DNA of 34,954 nucleotides from a virus. Lineage: Duplodnaviria > Caudoviricetes. The notes under the pieces were generated by a model, which ran no database searches, was not told the origin of the DNA, and worked only from the letters and a program-made list of their open reading frames with translations. Below, in pieces: positions 19,621-27,544 of this stretch. The stretch spans positions 1 through 34,954 of IMG/VR virus record IMGVR_UViG_3300028585_000512; one strand, written 5' to 3'. The number at the start of each line of letters is the position of its first letter. Position 1 is the first letter of the stretch. A program made the position numbers and the translations under genes.

Positions 19621-19638
19621 AACCGGCTTTCCCAGCCC

Positions 19639-19646
19639 CATAAATA
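19639..19646 (+). promoter_or_regulatory. YATAMATA motif upstream of the lysis cassette
   Basis: gcccCATAAATAa after a hairpin. Confidence 0.65.
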
Positions 19647-19697
19647 AGGGCAGATACTACGCGGGGTTCCTGCGCCAAAAACTGGTCGCATGACCCA

Positions 19698-20108
19698 GTG
19701 GAAATTAAAATAATCCGTGACACCTTCACCAAGGAAAGCACAATAGGCAAGCTATACCTTGATGGGCACTACTTCGCCAATACATTAGAAGACGTGGTGC
19801 GCCTGCGCGGCGTAAAGGTGCAAGACAAAACTGCTATCCCAGCCGGGCATTACCGCGTCATCTGGAACAAGAGCACCCGCTTCTCGCGCAAGGCGGGCCG
19901 CGATGTGTTCATGCCGCTGATTCTGGACATTCCCGGCTTTGCAGGTGTACACATCCACTCGGGCAATGGCCCGGCCGACACGGATGGCTGTGTTTTGGTG
20001 GGTTACGACAGGCACGTTAACAGCATTAGCCGTAGCCGCGACGCAATTGCTGCGCTCTACCCCCTAATTCAGGGGAGCAAAACCGCCATCTGGCTGACCA
20101 TAAGCTAA
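19698..20108 (+). CDS. Putative endolysin, DUF5675 / L,D-transpeptidase-like
   Basis: STIGKLY...TLED...TAIPAG.Y...HIHSGN...TDGCVLVG (His/Cys motif); first gene of the lysis cassette. Confidence 0.8.
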   Translation: MEIKIIRDTFTKESTIGKLYLDGHYFANTLEDVVRLRGVKVQDKTAIPAGHYRVIWNKSTRFSRKAGRDVFMPLILDIPGFAGVHIHSGNGPADTDGCVLVGYDRHVNSISRSRDAIAALYPLIQGSKTAIWLTIS

Positions 20109-20737
20109 TGGAAAGACAATCCACGTTCTTCTCGCTCATTGGTTACTGCAACCCCAAAGACCTGCTGCTGACGGTTTTTGGCAAGTCTATAATCGTCAAT
20201 CTCCTAGCCACTGTTCAGGTAGTCGCCGTGGCGGTAGCAGGCTTCATTTACAACGAGCCCGCCGCCATCGTGCTACTGCTGGCTTTCGCTACCGTTGACT
20301 TGGTGACTGGCACCATCAAGGCGGCCAAGCTCAAGACGCTCAGCAGCAACAAATGGCAGCGCACATTTTGGAAGGTGCTGGTGCAGTTGCTAGTGATTTG
20401 CGGCACCTACCAGTTGGGCAAGCTTGGTGGCGTACTGGGGTTTGCCTTTCAGTACATCCCCAACATTGCACTACTTTCCTTCATCTCGCGGGAGTTTCTC
20501 TCGATTATCGAAAACGTGAACATCATCGATTCGAGCATTATTCCGGACAAGTTCACGCAATACATACAGGGAATGTCGGACATCGACAAAACGCTGGCGG
20601 CCTACGCGAAGAAGCTCACCGGCTCCGGCACTGAGGGCACCCCCGTGCTCGAGATACCTACCGCTGTGACGGCGGAGGCTAAACCAATCGACCAACCTAC
20701 CTGTGCAGATGAAGAAGCTTGCGGACCTACTGTTTAA
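20108..20737 (+). CDS. Holin (phage holin 4 / TcdE-like)
   Basis: Several TM segments, DLVTG..KA.....SS, and E.LSIIEN motif. Confidence 0.85.
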   Translation: MERQSTFFSLIGYCNPKDLLLTVFGKSIIVNLLATVQVVAVAVAGFIYNEPAAIVLLLAFATVDLVTGTIKAAKLKTLSSNKWQRTFWKVLVQLLVICGTYQLGKLGGVLGFAFQYIPNIALLSFISREFLSIIENVNIIDSSIIPDKFTQYIQGMSDIDKTLAAYAKKLTGSGTEGTPVLEIPTAVTAEAKPIDQPTCADEEACGPTV

Positions 20738-20933
20738 TAGCCAAGTATTCATGGTGCCCATCGCGGCACTCTATATTCTAGCTGGCGGCTGGACAGCTGC
20801 TTACGGCGAGTATTTTGGCTTACCCCACTATGGTTACTACGCGGTAGTAGGCCTTACACTTGGAGCCATAAGCGTGGCTTACATGGTAGTGAATTACCTC
20901 GCCCTAAAAAAGAGAAGCACTACCGATGCTTAG
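20709..20933 (+). CDS. Small two-TM membrane protein (lysis accessory)
   Basis: Two hydrophobic segments and a basic C-terminus; overlaps both neighbouring genes. Confidence 0.65.
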   Translation: MKKLADLLFNSQVFMVPIAALYILAGGWTAAYGEYFGLPHYGYYAVVGLTLGAISVAYMVVNYLALKKRSTTDA

Positions 20934-21495
20934 CCGTACTTGGTCTGTATTACTAGGACTGTTTTTGTCCATGTGCTTGCTTTCGCTTTGCTTAGTCAAA
21001 TGTGACTACAGCCCCAGCCTCTCTCCAGGTAAAACGGCCGTATCGTGGCTCAAACCTGGAGCAAACGAGCCCATTCACGACACAGTGGCTACCACTAAGA
21101 TTGTCGAGAAGGTGATCGTGCAGAGGCTCTACGTACCCCGTGTCGATACCGTGCGTGATACGTTGCGGATAGAAGTCCCTCATTATTACGTGCAGACGAG
21201 GTATATCAAGGTAGTCGCTAAGGCTGACTCAGCCGGGCTTACCATCGATTCACTAACGCTGCCCAATACTAAGAGTATCATTGCCTTTCACGATAAGAAG
21301 GGCACCGTGACGTTGGACGTGCAGAACAGTAATCCCTACTTCAAAACTGCCGATGTAAAAGGCTTTACCTACCATATTCCGATTCTATCGCGCCTGTCTT
21401 ATGGCCCTTACGTGGGCGTTGGCATAGCCCCCAGCGGCACAGTTACGCCTGTTCTGGGTATTGGCGTGATGTTCAACATCGCGAAAAAACGTTGA
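20926..21495 (+). CDS. Putative spanin-like envelope protein
   Basis: N-terminal hydrophobic anchor with Cys, periplasmic DT(V/L)-rich linker and C-terminal amphipathic beta-hairpin (YGPYVGVG...GIGVMFNI); last gene of the lysis cassette. Confidence 0.6.
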   Translation: MLSRTWSVLLGLFLSMCLLSLCLVKCDYSPSLSPGKTAVSWLKPGANEPIHDTVATTKIVEKVIVQRLYVPRVDTVRDTLRIEVPHYYVQTRYIKVVAKADSAGLTIDSLTLPNTKSIIAFHDKKGTVTLDVQNSNPYFKTADVKGFTYHIPILSRLSYGPYVGVGIAPSGTVTPVLGIGVMFNIAKKR

Positions 21496-21534
21496 GCCTA
21501 TGTTGCGGTAGGCGTTGGAAAGAGGGCTCAATAA

Positions 21535-21563
21535 AAAAGCCAGTCCGATTAGGACTGGCTTTT
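21535..21563. terminator. Bidirectional terminator between lysis cassette and HNH gene
   Basis: AAAAGCCAGTCC/GGACTGGCTTTT between convergent genes. Confidence 0.85.
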
Positions 21564-22043
21564 GTCTTTAAGAGCAAGCAGATAAGCAGTTCTTGCGGCC
21601 ACTGCTTCTTCTTGGGTGCGGTACAAGCCCACGTAGGTGCATTTGGCGTGGCCTACCTGGACTTGTACCCGATACCGGTTTCCCACTGGGTACACGCCCA
21701 CGGGATGGCCTTGCGCAACGCGTTTGTTGTTGGCCACGTTGACGGCGTTTGTCACGTACCGCAAGTTGCTATAGTGGTTATCGTGCTGGTTTCGGTTTAT
21801 GTGGTCAACGAATAGGCCTTCGGGACGAGGTTCCAGAAACGCTTCTGCCACCAGTAGGTGGGTGCGAATCATGCGGTACTTACCGTCCGCCCGTTTGACG
21901 CCGTAGGCGTAGTACTCCCGTATCCGCTGGGACACAAGCACTTTGCCGCTGGGCCCGATGGCCGTGCCGTCTGCGGCTATCCAGATGTTAGCGTACTTGT
22001 CCGAGCTGCGGTATTCAACTCCATTGATCGTGGTAGTGACCAT
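21549..22043 (-). CDS. HNH homing endonuclease with C-terminal AP2-like domain
   Basis: THLLVAEAFL, VDHINRNQHDNHYSNLRYVT..VN, then GV...RYRVQV...YVGLY.T.EEA..AR. Likely start 22043 (alternative 22088). Confidence 0.88.
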   Translation of the reverse strand: MVTTTINGVEYRSSDKYANIWIAADGTAIGPSGKVLVSQRIREYYAYGVKRADGKYRMIRTHLLVAEAFLEPRPEGLFVDHINRNQHDNHYSNLRYVTNAVNVANNKRVAQGHPVGVYPVGNRYRVQVQVGHAKCTYVGLYRTQEEAVAARTAYLLALKDKSQS

Positions 22044-22243
22044 GCTGCACACTCCACTGGTCGGTTTTATACACAGTTGGAGGTACATTATTTATATCGA
22101 TAATGTACTCCTACTATAGCGTGAATGCACTATTTTCGCTACCAAACAGCTATCGTTTGCGGGGTCAAGAAGTAGAGGCTGCCACGGCATCTAATAAAAT
22201 ATTTATGCATCTATCTTCACATGGTATTCAACCCCTATCCACC

Positions 22244-22396
22244 ATGTCAAAACGCGAACGCCGCTTCCTCGAGAAAATGACCGCCGACCTGCTCAAGCTC
22301 CACCTGCGCGGCGAGATAACCGATCTGACTCTTAGAGTCGCACAAGAGTCGGTTAGCTACTCGCACACCAAGCCGGGCGCGAAACCGGCTCAGTAG
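22244..22396 (+). CDS. Small hypothetical protein
   Basis: 50-aa ORF (MSKRERRF...) with phage-like codon usage after an AT-rich leader. Confidence 0.45.
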   Translation: MSKRERRFLEKMTADLLKLHLRGEITDLTLRVAQESVSYSHTKPGAKPAQ

Positions 22397-22426
22397 CTCG
22401 GTTGGGCTTCGATTGCCTCATGAACC

Positions 22427-22511
22427 ACCTCTTATAAGAGTATTTCAAAAGTGTTTCGCTTTCATAGATTTGCACTACCTTCGTGAGAAGACACACGAAC
22501 CTCTTATAAGA
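22427..22511 (+). promoter_or_regulatory. Promoter flanked by two palindromic operator-like sites
   Basis: ACCTCTTATAAGA at 22427-22439 and 22499-22511 (core palindrome TCTTATAAGA). Bacteroidota -7 element TAGATTTG at 22465 (alternative TACCTTCG at 22476) lies between them. Confidence 0.65.
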
Positions 22512-22512
22512 A

Positions 22513-22773
22513 ATGGCCAAGGAAGTCACTTACACCAGTACATCCATCAGCAAAACCCACCTTGCCCTCATCAACGAGATGAAGCAGTACGTGGCTGATA
22601 CCTACAACGTAAACGTAACCAGCCAGCAAATCAACGATTTTGCCATAGATCTGCTGAGAGCACAACGTGATAAGCTCAAGGAATTGGCCGACGCGCAGGT
22701 GGTAGACCCCGACGTGCGGGCCTATCTCAGGATGCAGGAAAAACTTCGAGCTGCCGGAAAGCTGCCCAAGTAA
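22513..22773 (+). CDS. Putative ribbon-helix-helix-like transcriptional regulator
   Basis: Alternating beta strand (YTSTSIS) followed by two helices; paralogous to 31714-32130. Confidence 0.55.
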   Translation: MAKEVTYTSTSISKTHLALINEMKQYVADTYNVNVTSQQINDFAIDLLRAQRDKLKELADAQVVDPDVRAYLRMQEKLRAAGKLPK

Positions 22774-22788
22774 TTAGTCGTCAACTAC

Positions 22789-22842
22789 TTTAAAAGAAAA
22801 TGCCCCATACTTCTTAAGAAGTATGGGGCATTTTCTTTTAAA
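22789..22842. repeat. Perfect 54-bp palindrome (probable strong terminator or cruciform)
   Basis: TTTAAAAGAAAATGCCCCATACTTCTT|AAGAAGTATGGGGCATTTTCTTTTAAA. Confidence 0.9.
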
Positions 22843-23246
22843 TCTTTTTGGAATTTCAAAAATAATATGCCATCTTTACATCATGAAAGCACAACTTTAA
22901 GGCTTTCTAGATCATCTGAGAGTTTAGGGTTTCATGGTAAACGCCTCCAACGGGGAGGTGCGGCACCCTATTGCCTTCACTTTACATCAATCGCAACCGT
23001 CGTTTTGGGGCTGACACCCCCAGTTTACACAATCCTCAATCGGAGGGCTGGCTGACTTTGACATCGTGGGTAATGGTTGACAATCTTGGTAATAGAGTTT
23101 ACCAAGACCGAGTCCATAAAGAATACTTGATAAGTGTGGGCGCCCAATGCTCGAACATAAAACACCCACACCATCAAGCACTTAAGCATCTAGCATACGC
23201 CAGATGCCATCAACTTAATAGCTCCGTGAAAGGAGTGCATAAAGTT

Positions 23247-23609
23247 ATGAACAACCTTGGAAAAGGAAGTAGCAATGCTACTAAAACGTCGGATACGATT
23301 CCGACAAACGTTCTCGCTACGCTGTCTGAGCCTGGAGGCTTCCAGTATGACGCTCGTGAGAAAGTCAGTTTGCCGTTGATGAAAAAGGGCCTTATTGTAG
23401 GTTCCTTGCTCGTCAACAATTCCGACTTTGTCAGCGAGGTTGGCGACAATGATGTGAGCCTAGTACTAAAGCAGCCAGGCTGGGCGAAGCCTCGTTTGGC
23501 TTGCTTCAGCTATGAGGGTTTTATCCAATGGATGGCTATCCATAAACTGGAATCAGTGCATGATGAGGGCTTTCTGGCAGCAGCCACAAAGCTGGTCTCT
23601 CCGGACTAG
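23247..23609 (+). CDS. Hypothetical protein (start uncertain; ORF open from 22971)
   Basis: Open frame in a lower-GC segment; no recognisable motif. Confidence 0.45.
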   Translation: MNNLGKGSSNATKTSDTIPTNVLATLSEPGGFQYDAREKVSLPLMKKGLIVGSLLVNNSDFVSEVGDNDVSLVLKQPGWAKPRLACFSYEGFIQWMAIHKLESVHDEGFLAAATKLVSPD

Positions 23610-23685
23610 TCAAGCGCGCTACCCCGCAACAATGCGGGGCAGCGCCAAAGGCTGGCCTCAAAATCATGTAACCTCAATCCTGTTT

Positions 23686-24693
23686 ATGACTAACCTATCT
23701 AAGGAACAGCCGCAATCAATACTAGATGTATTAATTGCGAAACCCCAGCAAGTCCTGACTCTTGCTGCCGTATACGTCGAGTATCTGAAACCCCAGACGG
23801 AGCCGGAAAAGCCCAGCCTAGATGGTGAGGCGGAAGATTACGACGACTACGAAGATTACGACGAACCCAGCTCAGGTTTGGCTAACTGGGTTGAGCCGGT
23901 AAAACCGTCTGCCTACGTGCCGGGTACCAACCCGAACCAGTTGCGGGAGCCTTTGGCTGACATGTTGCGGCTCACCGAGCGTGAAGCGGCCAACCTAGCG
24001 CTGAAGCTCTTCAAGGGCGTGCGGCCAGCTGACGAGCAGCATAACGAGCAGACGGAGCGCAAGCATATTTTCCGCACGCAAACCGCGAATGGCCTGCGCG
24101 AAAGCTTCGTTAACGGCATGAGCTTTTACTCGCGTGCCGACTTGATAAGCTATGCCAAGCGCATCTGCGCAACCTACGAGCCTTACGAGGTGCTGGGCGG
24201 GGTCAATGCCGCTTTTTTCCGCGAGGCGATGCACCAAGCCGGCTACGTTGACCGCAATACCGACGGGGTAGTGTTTTTTGCTCCATTCAAGACCAAATTC
24301 ACTGAAAGTGTGCTGTGCTTTATGGGTATCGATAAGCAGCCCACCGCTGAGTTCCTGGACGTAGTGATGCGGCGCGTACCGGCTGCATCGGTCGACCCTG
24401 CTAAGGTGCCGCAAGCTTTTTACTACGGCAAGCGGCGTACCTCTTCAAAGGAGGAGCGCAATCAAGCGAAGCAGTCGAAGCAGGAGGAGTACAAGGAACA
24501 TCTGGCGTGGCGTGCGGCCAATGCGGCGAAGGTTAAGTCCTATCGCCTGCTGCTCGACATGGGATTTGACCCGCTGGAGAAGGTAAACGGGCCACAAGTC
24601 GGGGCTCATCCGGTCTCCACGGATAATTCGCTTAGGGCCAGCGAAACGTTTGACGAGAACTTCTTTGATGACATAGAAGACGACATCGCCTAG
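23686..24693 (+). CDS. Hypothetical early protein, possibly DNA-binding or replication related
   Basis: 335-aa ORF with strong coding bias, acidic DYDDYEDYDE tract and acidic C-terminus. Confidence 0.7.
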   Translation: MTNLSKEQPQSILDVLIAKPQQVLTLAAVYVEYLKPQTEPEKPSLDGEAEDYDDYEDYDEPSSGLANWVEPVKPSAYVPGTNPNQLREPLADMLRLTEREAANLALKLFKGVRPADEQHNEQTERKHIFRTQTANGLRESFVNGMSFYSRADLISYAKRICATYEPYEVLGGVNAAFFREAMHQAGYVDRNTDGVVFFAPFKTKFTESVLCFMGIDKQPTAEFLDVVMRRVPAASVDPAKVPQAFYYGKRRTSSKEERNQAKQSKQEEYKEHLAWRAANAAKVKSYRLLLDMGFDPLEKVNGPQVGAHPVSTDNSLRASETFDENFFDDIEDDIA

Positions 24694-24752
24694 TAATCAA
24701 CCGAGACCGCGAGGTACGTGAAAAACACCTCCGGTTTCACATCGTTTTTCAA

Positions 24753-25353
24753 TATGGAGAATCTGACTGACCCCGCGCTCATCTGGAAAGACCGCGAATG
24801 GGCCGATATGCCGGGCTTCGAGGGCCTGTACAAAATTTCCGACCACGGGGACGTATGGTGCTGCACTTCCTGCTGCCCGGCACTAACCCACGGTGACCGC
24901 AAGGGCGGGCTGACCGTACGCCTCATCCGCCAAGGCCGCATCTACTGGCCTACCATCCAGGACGCAGTGGCCAAAACCTTCGTAGCCAACCCCGACCCGA
25001 TTAGCCTCACCTATGTTGGGCACCTGAACGGGCAGCGCAAAGACAACCGGGCCGCAAATCTCGTCTGGATGCGCAAGAACCAGCTCACGCTACAATTGCT
25101 TGAAAAGACGGCGGCGGGAAAGCTCGACCGCCCACACCGAGTGCATCTTGAGGCAGAAGATGTGCTGCGTATGCGGGAAATGCACGCAACAGGCGTAGAC
25201 GTTGGCGTGCTGGCAATTGAGTTCAGCACGAGTAGCGCTAACGTGCGCAGCATCATCAAACGCGAGTCTTGGTGGCATCTGCCCGAAGATGCCAAATCAG
25301 GCCAAGTGCTAAGCATTTTTGGCAACGATGCTCCTAAATCGGAGGTGGCGTAG
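24753..25353 (+). CDS. NUMOD4 + HNH-like + C-terminal HTH protein
   Basis: EWADMPGFEGLYKISDHG (NUMOD4), HLNGQRKDNRAANLVW (HNH), LEAEDVLRMR...LAIEF...VRSIIKRESW (HTH). Confidence 0.85.
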
Positions 25354-25419
25354 GCCAGTGCCTATTCAACGTTAGCTGGCGTCACTAGCAGTACCCGAGC
25401 GCATGGGCGCAAAATGCAG

Positions 25420-25449
25420 AAGGCCATCCCAAATCGGGGTGGCCTTTTT
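25420..25449 (+). terminator. Rho-independent terminator
   Basis: AAGGCCATCCC/GGGGTGGCCTTTTT. Confidence 0.8.
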
Positions 25450-25684
25450 GCTTTAAGTGGAGGCTGGTCGAAGTGGCTCAGGTTCCTGGCTGCTCCGCGC
25501 CGGAGCCACCCCTCGAAATGTCTTCGCCGACAGCGTAAGGCGCAAGCTAACCTAGGCTGACAAAGCCCGTGGCAGCCAAGGTTGTCGCCCGCTAAGCGGG
25601 TGGCCGATGTGTCGACCGAAAGGTTCGTGGTCAAAAGCGGGGCTGAGTTGCCGGTAAGGCCAGCCAAGGTGAGCAAAAGCCCTT

Positions 25685-25716
25685 ATTACACTAATGTTAT
25701 GTATTATACAATTAGC
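25685..25716 (+). repeat. 32-bp direct repeat, copy 1
   Basis: ATTACACTAATGTTATGTATTATACAATTAGC; 31/32 identical to 27544-27575. Confidence 0.9.
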
Positions 25717-25802
25717 TCGAAAATAATTGCAAGTAACTGGGCTTTAGGCAGGACAGAGGATCAATTGCATAGTATATAATTAAAACAACCGCAACCGCAA
25801 AC

Positions 25803-25988
25803 ATGGACAAGGTCAAAGGCCCAGGCCGCCCCAAGCAGTACGATACGAAGACGCTGATTCTCTCGATAACCATCCCGGCAAGCCTGCTCGAAGCCATCGA
25901 TGCCACGCTACCCGAAGGCAAGAAACGCAGCCCGGCTATCGTAGCGTTGCTAGCACAGGCTCTGAACCACGACGTATCGGCTAAGTAA
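25803..25988 (+). CDS. CopG/RHH-like regulator with N-terminal GRPK motif
   Basis: GPGRPKQY then SITIPASLLEAID...RSPAIVALLAQAL; coupled to the next gene by TAATG. Confidence 0.75.
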   Translation: MDKVKGPGRPKQYDTKTLILSITIPASLLEAIDATLPEGKKRSPAIVALLAQALNHDVSAK

Positions 25989-27544
25989 TGACGACGGCCT
26001 ACTTCACCCTCAAGCAGGAGCTACTGCGGCCCAAACTTGAAGAGTTGCTGCCTAACCCCGACCACGTCAGCAAGGCCATGCTTTTTGCCCAGTGGTTGCG
26101 GCCAGTGTATGGGATGCGAAAGGATTTCTTGCCCGATGGCTACTACAACGTGGAAGCCAAGCGGCTGGAAAAGCTATTCGGCCGCGATTACGCCGACCTG
26201 CGTAACGCCCTACTCGGCTCAAATGGCATAGCCGATGTGTACAACAACGGCATGTATTTCAGTGCGAAGACTAAGAACAGCAGCAATCAACTGATAAAAT
26301 CGAAGGATAATTACGCGATGGCTTACAAGCTTAAAGAAGAATACCTGACGCAGTGTGATACGCTGCTGGCCGAGGTCAAAGTACCCCACGCCGACAAGGT
26401 AGCTAAGTACATAAAAAAAGACCTCGACAAGCGGACTCAGGAATTCGATGCTCGGTGTAAGCGTCTGGCCCTAACCCAGATGACGCGGCGCATCTGCCGC
26501 AACCTCGACAACGAGCGGGCATGGCAGGACGCCAGCGTACTTGAGCAGCGAGGCCAGGTATTCATAAACCGCGGTAAGCAAGTGCAATTGGCCACGCTCG
26601 TCAATCGGCTCGACTGGCTGGTAGAGGGGAACTTCTACGGCAATAGCCAAGATGATAACGGCCGCAAGCACGACCCACTTACCAATTCGTGGGAGCTTAT
26701 CAAACGCTACATGCGCATTGATGGCAAGCCAGTGGTAGAGATGGACTTCTCGAACAGCCAGTACTATTTTCTAGCCTTGCTTATCAAGTACCCTACCGAG
26801 TGCTACGCCGTCCTTACCGAGCAAGCCAAAGACGATAAGGACGCCGTGCGCGAGGTACTGATGACCATGCGCGAGCTGCACGACGCCGAGCCGGTCGTGC
26901 AGGAGTTCTGCCGTCAGGCCTTAGCCGGTACCCTCTACGAATGGGCCGCAGCCCAGAGCAATTCCACCCGCGACAGCATCAAGCGGCATTTCCAAGCTGC
27001 TTTCATGTCAGAAACCAGCGAATGCTTAGTGGCTAAGCGGAAGCTGAAATTCATCAAGCCTCTGCTCGACGTGCTAGGCAAGCTGAACGGCCCCAGCGAA
27101 GAGGATAACGCCTACTGGTATAAAGTGGCCGAGGCCAACGAGGACTTGTCGTACAAGCTGCGCAAGAAAATGCGCGAGTCAGTCTATAAGCCCATGAAAC
27201 GCAACTATGTAAGTCAATTGCTACAGCGATTCGAGAGCCGCATGATAGTCGATAGAATCTCGATGGCTGCGGTGGACTACTGTGCCGACCCCTTCCAGTC
27301 GGTGCACGATTCCTTCCTGTCCAGCGCGGCCGACCAGGCTACGCTCAAGGAATTGACGGAACTGAAGTTTGACGAGTTGGGCATCTTGGCCGAAGACCAG
27401 CCCAAAATTAAGACCAAGCAGTTCGAGCCCGGCTACGTGTTCGACGCCACGACAGAGGAGCTGGCCAACGTGCCCAAACACTACGTGACCCAAGAAGAGG
27501 CTCGGGTGCTTATAAAGGACCTTCAGCACAAGGTGCAGGCTTAA
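25988..27544 (+). CDS. Compact PolA/T7-RNA-polymerase superfamily nucleic acid polymerase
   Basis: Ordered motifs DDNGRKH (~26651), VEMDFSNSQ (motif A, ~26744), RDSIKRHF (motif B, ~26969), LLQRFES and SVHDSF (motif C, ~27305). Confidence 0.72.
   Translation: MTTAYFTLKQELLRPKLEELLPNPDHVSKAMLFAQWLRPVYGMRKDFLPDGYYNVEAKRLEKLFGRDYADLRNALLGSNGIADVYNNGMYFSAKTKNSSNQLIKSKDNYAMAYKLKEEYLTQCDTLLAEVKVPHADKVAKYIKKDLDKRTQEFDARCKRLALTQMTRRICRNLDNERAWQDASVLEQRGQVFINRGKQVQLATLVNRLDWLVEGNFYGNSQDDNGRKHDPLTNSWELIKRYMRIDGKPVVEMDFSNSQYYFLALLIKYPTECYAVLTEQAKDDKDAVREVLMTMRELHDAEPVVQEFCRQALAGTLYEWAAAQSNSTRDSIKRHFQAAFMSETSECLVAKRKLKFIKPLLDVLGKLNGPSEEDNAYWYKVAEANEDLSYKLRKKMRESVYKPMKRNYVSQLLQRFESRMIVDRISMAAVDYCADPFQSVHDSFLSSAADQATLKELTELKFDELGILAEDQPKIKTKQFEPGYVFDATTEELANVPKHYVTQEEARVLIKDLQHKVQA

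Noticed and set aside
22789-22842. Protelomerase (N15 telRL-like) target site
   Set aside because: Length is similar, but no protelomerase or partition genes are present and the recombinase is an ordinary integrase.
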